From positions 44,742,788-44,806,787 of the forward strand of contig CM120640.1 in NCBI GenBank assembly GCA_051362555.1: a DNA stretch of 64,000 nt, given 5' to 3'. The position numbers and the translations under genes were made by a program. Position 1 is the stretch's first letter. Every line of letters starts with the position of its first letter. Source of the DNA: Lingula anatina. Its lineage: Eukaryota; Animalia; Brachiopoda. Of the stretch, positions 40,014-52,038 are shown in pieces. The notes beneath the pieces are model-generated. The model was not told the DNA's origin. It saw only the letters and a list, made by a program, of their open reading frames with translations, and searched no databases.

Positions 40014-43000
40014 ATGGCTTCTTTTAGGTTTGCTGCTGCTGCTGTAAGTGCGAAATATAAGTAATTTCTTGTTTAAGCGTTGTGATTTTACAGTTGAATG
40101 TGTCAGTTGCTATGGAAGTCCTTTAAATTTATAAAAACAACCGTTTTAGTTGTGACATTTTTATTTTTACAGTAGGTAGGGCTGGGTTAGTCTAGAACCA
40201 AATTTGAAGACTCGAGATAAAACTTAATTTACTTAGTGAAATTGATCACTGTGTACATGAAAACATTGTATGCATTTAGTCTTATCTGACAACTGTTCAT
40301 TTACGCATGTTCGAGTAGTCAGTGGGCAACTTTTATTTCAAATTATCTGCCATGTGGCATTGGTTCATTTCTGTCCTGATTTTTACAATTTCATATACAT
40401 TGCAATGTAAGGTGCGTATAATTTTTGCCCTCTTCGAGTTTTGGTTTGAAAGGTAGTCTTTGATCATTGAAGAATAAGAAAAATTAGAACATTGAGCCAT
40501 GGAGTGTTTCAATCAGTAATGAGTGCTTATATAAAGCCGCTTAAAATGTACACCCTGTATATGTTTTTTTCTTGTTCTTAGTTAGTAGAGGCATGTCATT
40601 GTCAAAATTTCACAGTTGAACCACATAATTAAAGGTACATACGAACCGAGCATCGGTGGAGCGTGGATTCCCAGTAACACATGTAAACCACTTCTACTAG
40701 ATTCTTATATGACTCAAATAAATTCGACATGCCAAGGGATAAACTGAATAGCTCACTCGATCAGCCATAAAAGACCTTTAGACTGCTCCTTTCTTAAAAT
40801 TTTTGGTTGTAAATTTAACCTACTTCCGTGACCTACTTTCCTGCCCCATTGACATACAGCTTAGAATGCCAGCAGAAAAATCTGTTCAAACATCATTTTC
40901 GGGTAAAATTAAACAATGCCTTTTGGTAATTCTCTTAGTTATACTACTTGAAACTATATGCTGGCATTTGGTTGGTTTTTGTGACAAAAAATTGACTTTG
41001 TTTGCATCTTTAAGCTAGCATTTACTTCATGAAACTTTTGTTCTAGGTACGGCAATTCAGCACATCGGCAGCCAGGAATGGGGAGATTGTACAGGTAATT
41101 TTGTATCAGTTACCCCTTGCCTAAATAAGTGTTAATGCTGATGAATAATTAAACAAGTATAAATAGCCACTTTGACACTTTTTAGCAAGCTGCACATTGA
41201 ATATCAATTTATTTCTCTTAAGAGATTTTAACAAAAAACCAAACGTTTAGGAAAAAAACCCTGGACTAATTTTGAATGCAGGAATGGGGTCGTTGACTAT
41301 TGGTAAGTATGGGAAAATTGTCGTTTACTCCAGGAAAATCCAATTTTTGGCCAAAACGAAGAGTTATTATGACTTTAACTTTGTAGCTGATATTCTTTTA
41401 TTTTCATTTTATATATTTTTTAAAATGAGCATTTCTCCCTCTAGGCTCCAATTCAAGTGTTTGGTATAGAAGGACGTTATGCACATGCTTTGTACTCAGC
41501 TGCTGTGAAGCAGAAGAAGTTGGATGCAGTTGACAAGGACATGCAGACAGTTCAGGTAGGTAGACGTTATCCATCAGGTCTTATGAGTAAAAAAAATGGA
41601 AACCCTTTAGGATTATCTTTGTGATACTTATTATTATTATTATTATGTATGGATTTTTTCTATTTGTGTAGATCATAAGTGGCAATAAACTAAATTTTTG
41701 TCATATTTAATAATGTAATTATTTTTTAAATTAGTATATATAAATTTTTTTTACAGAAATTAATAAAGTCAGATACCAAATTTGCTGAGTTTTTGCATAG
41801 CCCTTTACTAAAGAGGTCTGCTAAAACGGGTAAGGGCATTTTTTTCTCTGCATTTCTTTTATTCATTTAAGAATAAAAAAATTAATACACTGCTCACATA
41901 AAAGAATTGTGCTCAATTTGTTTCTTCTACTAAATCTAAGGAACAAAAAGAACTGTGGTAAAAAAGTGATTTCTTGTTGAGCATTCCAGAAACGACCATG
42001 CGTAAAATATCATTTTATTGCTTGGAAAAAGTGAATGCAAGAGAAATTGTGTGCAGCTACAAGTCCAATCTTGACAGTGGTGTGGATTTGATAAAGCTCA
42101 CAACATTACAAAAGAATGTTTTGTCCTTTATTTTAGAAACCAAGTCTACACTTTAGTCAAACTACCTTTACTATAATAATTTTTTTCATTTTTAGAGTCA
42201 TTAAGTGCCCTCCTAAAGAAACAGGGATTTACAGACATTTCTGTAAATTTCTTTGGTAAGTCATTAAATTTTTATTATAAGATGAAAGGATTTATCGATG
42301 AATAATTGCCTAAGAATTTGTCCACCATCAAAGAATGAAAAATATATGCATATGTTTATAATTGCAAAGAATCTCAACTTACCTTGGGGGGGGGGGTTAA
42401 ATTTTTATTTTTTCTTGCATTTAATTAATAAGTCATTTTTGGGAAATAACTATGCTTTTTTTCCATTTTTTCAATGGAAAATATGGCTAGTGCTCAATTT
42501 GCACATACTGACAATGGATAAAGTACAATATGAATTTAAGATTGTTTCCTTCTAATACATGTGCTGTTTGGCGACCTATAAGTGTCAGTTTTGTTTGTTA
42601 ATAAAACTTTTTTTAAGTGTTAAATTTACCCATTTTCAAACACGATTGCCAGAGAGTTTTTTTTTTTTTTCGATTAAATTTTCTCATACTATAATATTAC
42701 TTATGCATATTTCTTGTCTTCATTATTTAGAGACACTAGGAGAAAATGGAAGGTTGGCAGAAACAACTGGAATAGTTGAAGCCTTTTTGAAAATCACAAG
42801 TGCAGAAAAGGGAGAAGTGATGTGCAAGGTCACAACAGCACAGGTATGGTATTGAATTATATCATTAAGGGCATAAGGAGAATGCTGGTTGTGAAGTACT
42901 TCATAGCCCAGATTTTGATTTTTAATTTAGTTATCTGTTTATACATAATGTCAGCTTTAGCTTAATATGTTCAAAGCACAGTATTGCCTTGTATATTGTA

Positions 43001-44077
43001 CTATTTTTGAAACAAATTCCGTTATCAACCAACATAATCGTCTATCATGTATGTGATTTCAAATTTTAATGTTTTCTTTTACAATATTTAAATCATAATG
43101 TTTGGGAATAAGAGAGCTTTTAACAAAATAGGTAACTTCCAATTGAAAATTTTGATAGTTATAGAATTTGTGTAAGTAGCATTTTTGAAATGACCATGCT
43201 CAAAGTTTTTTTTTTTTTTCTGCATGGAAAAAAGAAAATGCAACAGCAATTGTTAGCAGCTACAAGCCTATACCTAATAATAATAATAATAATATGGGTT
43301 TGATAAAGCTCCCAGCTACTGTAAATTCTGGTTTAATGATAGAAAGGACATTAGGAGAACATGAAGGAAGTTCTAAACTGCTGCCAGTTATTATACAGTG
43401 ATGTTGAAATATTTAAGTACTTCAAAACATAATTTACTTTTGTTAGCCCCTGTTTGTATTATTTTTTTCAGAAATTAGATGATAGACAATTAAAGGATGT
43501 CAAGGCTGCACTGCAAATGTTTTTGACCAAAAATCAGGTTCTCAATCTAGAATTACAGGTAGGTAAACTTCATGAGTAAAAATTGGTGATTTTTGTAGAA
43601 AATGTTATCTAAATTTGTATTTTATTGCATTTAATACGTATGCATTCAATAATCTTGCCCTATGAAGTATATTGTACTTCATGGGATGTTAAGTTGAATG
43701 CCAAAGAAAACTGTGGATTCCAATGTGACCATAGATATTGTTGATGGGAACAATTTCACCCCACATACAGACTAAGTTCAAGTATGAGCTATATCCTTTG
43801 TTTGACCCCTTAGTATCAATTTATCATTTTCAATGTTGCACTTGCATTTCTTGCCAGGGGTCATTTACCTGAAATTAAGCATTACCAATTATTATAACTA
43901 TTTTTCTTTTCTATTTTTGAGATAGTAACTGATAGTTTTACACTTGATCTTTTGTTTAAGGTTGACCCAGAGTTAATTGGAGGGATGACTGTTAGCATTG
44001 GAGACAAGCATGTAGACATGTCCATGGCTACCAAATACAAGATGTACAGTGATTTAGTGAAGGAGACATTGGCGTGA
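40014..44077 (+). CDS. ATP5PO: ATP synthase subunit O (OSCP), mitochondrial, 8 exons
   Basis: [10 protein letters not shown] | [11 protein letters not shown] (presequence) | [20 protein letters not shown] | ... | LGENGRL...[10 protein letters not shown] | ... | [21 protein letters not shown], stop at 44075-44077. Confidence 0.95.
41214..41378 (-). mobile_element. Terminal fragment of the Kolobok-like element in ATP5PO intron 2
   Basis: Near-identical reverse complement of 17889-18050, ending at TTAA. Confidence 0.7.
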
Positions 44078-44313
44078 TTGAATAGCATTCAAGTTTGTAC
44101 ATTCAACAATAACAGTTTCTATTTGTGTTGAAAAATCAATTGATTCTTAATACATAAACTCTTAGTGTGTGTTGCACCAAGTGAAAAAACATTAGAATAC
44201 TTTTCTGAAGTGGAACATCATACTTCACCAAGTAGTGTACTAGTATAGAAAGGGACCTGGTTCATTTTCTCAGACTGTTGCAGTTTGTTTGATCAACATG
44301 CTGTAAAAATTTG

Positions 44314-44363
44314 AATAAAATCACATCAAATAATTATATCTGATATAAGATTCTGTTTTTATT
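44314..44363. terminator. Opposed polyadenylation signals of ATP5PO (+) and CRYZL1 (-)
   Basis: AATAAA at 44314-44319 on + and TTTATT at 44358-44363 (AATAAA on -), between convergent stop codons 445 bp apart. Confidence 0.55.
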
Positions 44364-44522
44364 GGAAAATATTTAAGTGCTCAAGGAATTGTTCAGGGAT
44401 TAACATTTCCATGTTTTTTGTTATGTTGTGAACTGTGGCAATGAATCTCTGTGCTCTTCCATGTAAATGTCACCATTTTCAGTGATTCGACAAACATAAC
44501 AAAACTTGAATTTACATTTTGT

Positions 44523-47500
44523 TTACAGCAAAGTTACTGCTTTCCCTATTCTTATATCACTCAGTCTTCTCAGAGTTTCAACTGTCTTTTCAAAACTGAC
44601 AGTCTTGTTTATGTTCACCCTAAAAAGAAAGAAGCAATACTCCGTTATTATGTAGTTGTTTACTACAAATTGTCACAAAGTAGGAACAATGCACAAAATG
44701 AAAATAAATAAAATCATAATGCAAAAATAATTCATCTACATTTATAATATTTCCACCTGGGACTACAAATGCAATGGGTTGAAAAAGACATTGGCCTTAT
44801 CTATTTATTACTGTAGGAAAAAAGAAATACCTCAAAACATTATGAGCAACTTTATCCATAAGATCCAACAATATATCTTGATGCTGTTAAGGAAATTGCA
44901 AATGCGCACTAGCAGCAAAATTTGGGAATTGATGTTTTGGAAATGAAATGTACTAAGAAATGGATTTTTTTTATTTTATGGAAAACAAAAAAGCAGACAA
45001 ATCTTAAGACTGTGTTTTAAGTAGACCTTTCATAATGATTACTTAAAGGATACGCTGATACCGCCCTTGCTGTCCTGCTGACATGGTCCACACGTGTTCA
45101 AACAGATAACTAACACTAGCACCCTTCAGGTAAAGCATTTCAGAGTTTGGTGGATCAAGCTTAAGAAGAAAAAATGCTTCTGTCAGACATATGCAAAGTT
45201 TATATTTTTTATAGTCCACGTGAAAGACATGAATACATAACCTCATCTACCTGTTCCTGTCAGGTCTGTTTAAAAGAGAACTCTTTTATATCAAAATCAA
45301 TATTTATGATTTTGGTTACCTTGAAGTAATCAAGTTGAAATTTATAATGTCAAAATAACTGACATAAATATTAACGTCAAATTTCCTTAAATCTACAAAT
45401 AATACTTTGCTATAATCTCATCTAAATCCCACCTGTAAATCAAACTGGGATGTCACCCATCTTCCACCCACTGCAAGACTTGATATGATATCATATTTGC
45501 TTGGCAGTGGATGTCTCATCTCATCTACTAGAATCCTGCTGTCTTCTTCACTTGTGAACATATGAACTACAAAACAACAACTAAAAACACTTTCTAACAT
45601 GTTTCTAACACTTTGTACATCAATTATCAAAAGCCCTGCTACATGCTATTTATGTTTGAAAATTTTTACTGATGCACTTGAAAAATGCATGATTTTTAGT
45701 GAGATGTATTGGGGCTTATCTGCTAGGTTTGTTATACACTACCTCCATTGTCAATCACACAATCAACTCCAAGGCCACCAGTTTCATCTAAGACTGCCCC
45801 TACCAAAAAATCACTTTTCCCACTGAGTTCTATTACCTGAGCTGAAATTGAAATACAAAACAAATATTTCAAAAATATATCCTTTTTTCACATGCTCTAA
45901 TCCAAACTTTTTTTATCCACCAAACAAAGCATACAAAATAATAATAATAAAAAAACAAATTTAACTTTAAATACTTTAAGAAGAGATGTTGATATAAAAC
46001 TAATCGCTAAAAATAACTATAAATAAAAAGCTCCTATACTTGCCTGGTGCTGGCACTAAACTTTCAAGGTATCTCTTTTCCTCCTCATCACTGGCTGTGG
46101 TAAGTACCTATTTTAAAAGAAATTAAATTTCTTTCAACTTTACAAGCAAAGGGAATTTCCAAAATAATGTGTCTCTATTATTTTACTTTTGTCATAATAA
46201 GCTATTCAATAAAATTAAAACACTATATTTCTTAAAGTCAGTATTTCAAACAGTACTCACACTGTATAAATGGGAACTTAAAAGTAAAAATTACACATTA
46301 TTATCTATCATTTAAACTGGTATTGGTGAAAGTTTGAGGTACCTTAGCTCCCCAACATATTGCTAACTGCACAGCCATGGAACCAAATGATGTTGCCCCA
46401 TCGAGTATAAGAACTGTATCTCCACTACAGACATGGGCATTGTAGTGCAGTGCTGTGTAAGCCTTGATGCCATCTTTCAATGTTGCTGCTGCATTAGAAA
46501 ATTCTATACTGTCTGGAATCTTGGCTGAAAACAAAAATGAATTTGTTTTTGAAAATAAACTTTTCTTTGGACAAGTATCCTTTTTAATATCCAAATCTCC
46601 AAATAAGAAGAGGGTCAATTATATCTTATATAATGTATAAAACTCACCAACATCATATTCATGAAAAACACAAAATTCTCCACATCCTGACACTGTAGAA
46701 TCCAATGGCAGTAGTCCTTAGGAAAAAATGTGTAATAAATATCAAACTAATTTAAAAACAGTTATAGAAAGTTTGCATATGAAAGCCAAACAAGTTTCTA
46801 TAATAAAATAAAATTAATTTTGCTTTAAAGGTTACTACTATGACTTCATGGTATCATGGTAACAAACGATTATTACTCGATCTTTTCAATGGGCAAAATT
46901 ATTATTCTTTCAGATACATTATTTTGGAATAATTAACAATATATTTCTGTGTAGCATTTGTGGTGCTTCTACTGTATATAATACAACTAAAGGGTTGCCT
47001 GCTATCCAATTTTGTTGCTACCACTCAATAAAAATGTTTTTATTTTGAGAAATTATGTCTTATAAAAATAGAATCTGTAAAAATTCAAAATATTCCCCAC
47101 TGAAAAGATCACTTCATTGGAATAATTATGTGATTTCATAATTGCTAGCCTGCCAACTGTCATTATCTTCCCTAATATGTCACATACCTGCAACCCTGTC
47201 TCCTGAGGTGACAGCTGTCACAGCTTCCCCTGTCTCTATCACAATGCCGGCAATTTCTTGGCCAACTGGGTACTCAGACTGGGGTGTTTTCTTAAACATT
47301 TCAAGGAGTACCTGCAATGAAATTCACCGAAATTTATGACACTGAAAACAAAAGTTTTTCATTCTATTCATTTTATTTTCTTTCTTTTATTTAAGTGTGT
47401 TGAAAGTAATTAAAAATTTTACTGAAAACAATACAAATATAATCAAATCATTTGACTACTTTTACATTATTTGACTTACCTTTGAATCAATTAATGACAG

Positions 47501-48109
47501 TGCACATGCTTTGACTTGAACTTTTATACTGTTGGCATTTATAGCTGGGCAATCAATCTGCAAACATTCAGTTTTTTCTTTTAATTACATTCTTCCTTGT
47601 TATTCACTTGTGTACACGTTAATTCTATATGATAAAGTCCAGGTTACTAAGGGGAATACTTATATAAGTTTTTCATAATGGTTGCTTCCCCCCTCTTTCC
47701 CCACCCCCAACTCCACAAATTTGCTGCCTGACTATTACAATAAATACAATTAATTTTATCAAATAAATAAAGCAATCATGTAAATTTGGCAAACAGGCCT
47801 ACTGTATTAAATAAACGATAGAAATAAATTCTTCATTGCTCTTGGAATAAATACATATTTTGACATACTTTTACTAGTACAACAAATAACTAAAAAATTT
47901 GGTGCGTGTTTATCACCTATGTCACGTGTAAACTGGTACAAAGATTTATATTATTGTCACAGTAACGTACATTGTCATGACTCGTGTAAAATGTTCAATG
48001 GGGTTTGGGGTAGATGACATTTATCGGATAAAACTTAACTGACATTTTCACTGACTGTAAATTGCGGCCTCCCTTCGTCTCTTGCAAATTTCTGAAATAT
48101 ACCTCGCAT
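44523..48109 (-). CDS. CRYZL1: Quinone oxidoreductase-like protein 1 (zeta-crystallin-like 1), 11 exons
   Basis: MRGIFQKF | VQVKACALS | YPVGQEIAGIV | GLLPLDS | DGIKAYTALHY...AVQLAICWGAKV | ETGGLGVDCVIDNG | LAVGGRWVTS | LDPPNSEMLYLKGA...QQGRYQH | last exon ending at TAA 44525-44523. Motifs match vertebrate CRYZL1. Confidence 0.9.
44877..45053 (-). other. U12-type (minor spliceosome) GT-AG intron in CRYZL1
   Basis: 5' splice site GTATCCTTT; branch point TTTCCTTAAC ending 9 nt before the 3' junction; splicing restores the frame QQGRYQH|ILLDLMDKV. Confidence 0.9.
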
Positions 48110-48545
48110 TTTGTGATTTGCTTGTATGTATATATATCAAACCCGCGGTGAAAACTGCATAACACCGCTGACCGGTAGGTGTTGTCATTTTAGGCAAAGC
48201 CGATCTTTGCTTTGATAAAAGTTTCGACAAGATTGAACCCTCCCCTACTAATTATATAGGCATTATTCTTAATAGTGAACGATAAATTTCAATAAAAAAA
48301 TATTTGCCTTTAGCACAGTGATTAGTCTTTTATAATTCGGTCCTTGTATTGCATGACACAGATGTTTAAAACTGAATATAAAAATTAGATCACTAAGCTA
48401 GCTATCCCACAATGCACAGGCACCTGCAGATCTTATGTTGAATTTACATCAATTTTGTCAAAATTCCTCATTGCAAAGTCAAATTTTTTTGATGAAACTA
48501 AAGCGGAAGAACGAGCCTATGACCAAGATACAAACATTCTTGAGT
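48110..48545. promoter_or_regulatory. Candidate bidirectional promoter CRYZL1/intersectin
   Basis: Staf/ZNF143-like TCCCACAATGCA at 48405-48416, ETS GCGGAAG near 48503, and a GTAAGT donor at 48544 suggesting a non-coding first intersectin exon. Confidence 0.55.
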
Positions 48546-49811
48546 AAGTGACGGTAAGGGACCGTGCTGAAGAACTGGAGTAGATTCCAAGTTGGGGGCG
48601 GATTCCTAGTTGTAATAAAAAATACGGTCCCTCGGCTTGGCTGCCTGATTTTGCAATATTTTACAAATGATTGATTGATTGTACTCCAGACCGAGACTGC
48701 ACCGCCATGTGTTGAAGATTATTTTGGTTTTTTTTTGTAAGTATGATGATCATTGTTAATTACAATATTCAGGATAAAACTTCTTGGTGATGAAAACTTG
48801 TCCTAATTTTGATTATAAGATGATAAGATTTAGATCTATTGTAATTATAAGTGTAAAGGCAGTTAACAGTAGCAATAGGTAAGCATTTGATGTAATTTGT
48901 AATGAAGTTTGTACTGTCTAAGTGACAGAAAACTGGTATGAAGGCATACAAATTTTGTTGTTGATAACAAACACATGTTTACATTTAACATTGCCCAGGA
49001 CAAGTGCAGCTGAAACATCTGCATGTTCATTATTGCCAGTATCATTTATGCTGTCCATTTTCATTTTTTATAGTTTTTTTTCAAAATCATTTCTCAGATA
49101 TTTAACATTAAACCCTGTATTTTTTTCTTAGATATATCTAATCCTTCCACAATGGTGCAATTAAAGATGCATTTGAAGTTACATATTTGACATAAAACCT
49201 GACCAAATGGCAATCCATGCCAAAAACTTTTTAGACTACTAGCCATTTGGGCAAGCAGGGTCTAAAAATTCACTACTCTGAACCAAAAACACTAGATCGA
49301 GTACAGGTCATTCATTTAAATTGTTTCCAAATTCCAGGTTGGTTTAAATTAAAAAAAAAAAAAGATATATTCAGGTTTTCGATCATAAAAGGATTTTCCC
49401 ACACTCGCTGTGTTTAAGCTGTCACAGCAGATTTGAGTGATTAACCTCAATTTTGAAGCAAAGCTATGATGTACTATAATTTTTCTAGACAGCAACTTTT
49501 TGGGCTTGAACTGTGAAAGTCATGTGCTTTCATATGTGCCTATACACTATGCAAATAAAGTAAAACCAGTTGGTAATCAGTTCCATTTTACATATCACTC
49601 AGTTATCCCATATATTACAAAGCTAAAGATGCAGTGCTCACTGTTTCTTTTTTCAACGGAGTTATGAAAAAAACTTTGCTAATGAGATGGTCACTGCCCC
49701 ACTTGTTTTATTCATTAAGTATTTGAATTTTACCCCTTAAAATAATGTGTTGATTTAAACATAGGAGGAGCAAAAAGGATTTTGATTGACATAACACTAA
49801 ATCCATGCAAA

Positions 49812-49874
<63 letters not shown>

Positions 49875-50299
49875 AGAGCTCATTTATTATGCTGTATTAT
49901 GAAATTTATATTATCATGTCACCATTCTTTCACTCATCCCATGTTTTTTTATGCAAAAATTAATAAAAGCTCCTATCCTCTAGTTATTTGGCAGCTTACA
50001 TTTATAAACTGATTTCTGGCATAACCGAGCTATTTCAAACAATAAAAACAGCATTATTTCTTATTGGTAATGTTACATCAATTCATTGAATGTTCATGAA
50101 TTTATTTAGTAGTCAGTCTCCATGCACATGCTAATAAAGGTAAAATCAGTTACTGCATATCTGTCATAACATGTTCTATTTTAAATAAAGAAGTGTAATG
50201 TAAAGAACTCCACATATTTTGCAATGATTTTTTGTTGAATGTGTTTCTTTTTCTTTTTGTTTTTAGTTTGTTTAGAAGGCTGCTGTAAAACCAATAGAA

Positions 50300-51969
50300 A
50301 TGGCCATGCAATTTGGAGGTAAGTAGAAATGAAATTTGGTTTGAAAACACGAGTCAAAAGACTGCATTTATTTCATGTCTAGATTTCTTTATACTTGGAT
50401 GTAAACATTTCATGGATCATGCAGATTTATTGAATGTGAGACCCCATTCCTATAAACACCATCGGTCTACGTGGATCGACCCAACTCTATGGGGACTCCT
50501 GAGTGCAATCAGCTTAACTGAATGACACACCTTCTCTTGTTTGCAACATGCTCATATAATCACCAGCTTTTCTGTAATCTACTTAATGCCAAGAGGAGAT
50601 ATGTTAATCTGTTCAACTGATTGCATTCAGTAAGAGTCCAGTGGAATTGGGTTGATCTCATAGCCCCATGGCGGTTTCTGGGAATGAGGCCTTGCAGTAC
50701 TAAGAACTGGAATTTATAATTCTTATTTTCTTTCGTGGATAGGATATTAGAATAAAATTTTCTGTTAGCAGTTGATGTTATTTTAGGTCTGCTGTTGCTA
50801 CCCATATAATGCTTTAACAGGATAGCAAAACTGTTTCCATGGATTCAGTGGATTTAGCTAATGAAATGGATCAATTCTTTTCAATGCTACAACACATTAG
50901 ATGGCATAAAGTAGACTCTAGATAGACTAGTTAGATTTTGTTTCTGTCATATTTTCATTACTATATGGACTTGGTATTTGCCAGTGTTGTACATACATCC
51001 TGTTACACCTAATTGAGAATTTGGTTTTATTATTTCCTTGGAGATTAATTTGAGAATCCAGCAAGTTTTTTGTCATGCAGAACAGTATAAGTGTACTTTT
51101 GGGGATTACTGAATGTTTCCTGTACTGTATTGATTAACTGAAATGTAAGGAAAGGTGTTTCATGAGATAGCAGTACCCAGTGAATTGTTGTACATGTAAA
51201 ACTTTAACCACTGAGTTCCTAGCATGACGCTGTGGGTGCATTCCCAGAGATTTAGATTGATCCAGAGATTTAGATTGACCTAACTCCCTGGGGGTTCACG
51301 CTAAATTGCAGTCAGCCGAGCGCGCACCATAGTTAATTACCCCCTTACAGCTCTTAGTAGGCAGGACAGACGCTTAAGCTGGCTAAGCTGGCAGTAATCT
51401 AGTGAGACTTCCCACAGGGATAGATTGATCTAAAATCTATGGGAATGTTGTCAGATGATGGTGTAGTATGGTAATGCATTAACTGCAGTCTTTTGCTCAA
51501 TCGATATGACATTCAAATTGAAACTTGTTATGCTTCTTTCTCTTATTCTGACTGTATAACATAGTGAACTTCATTGACACATCAAATGTGAAAGAATATT
51601 GAATCTGTAATTTTAGAGATTAGTGGCATTCATTTTGTATGTTTTCAAGTTTTAGTCTTTTGCTTCACCAATTCTGGTTTTAATGACCTCTATTAGGCTC
51701 TTTCCAATAAAATGGCACTTTTATCTTCCTTTGAATTGTGGATCTAGATGTGAAATTGATGAGTTCAAAATATATGCTGGGAATCCAGGCTTGCTTAATG
51801 TGTAAGTTTTAAGTTTCCATGGAAATCTAAGGAATATTTGCATGTGATACACATGGCCCAGGGGAAACTTAACGTTCCCATAGGGATTAGTTTTCAATTA
51901 GACCATGTATTTAACCTCAGCTAGGAGAAGCATCTGACAGAAAAACCTGTAATTTTTTTCAGAAATGTT

Positions 51970-52038
<69 letters not shown>

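Noticed and set aside
48048-48230. ORF-track 60-aa ORF as the CRYZL1 first exon
   Set aside because: The frame from ATG 48109 (MRGIFQKF) fits the CRYZL1 N-terminus and the splice phase instead.
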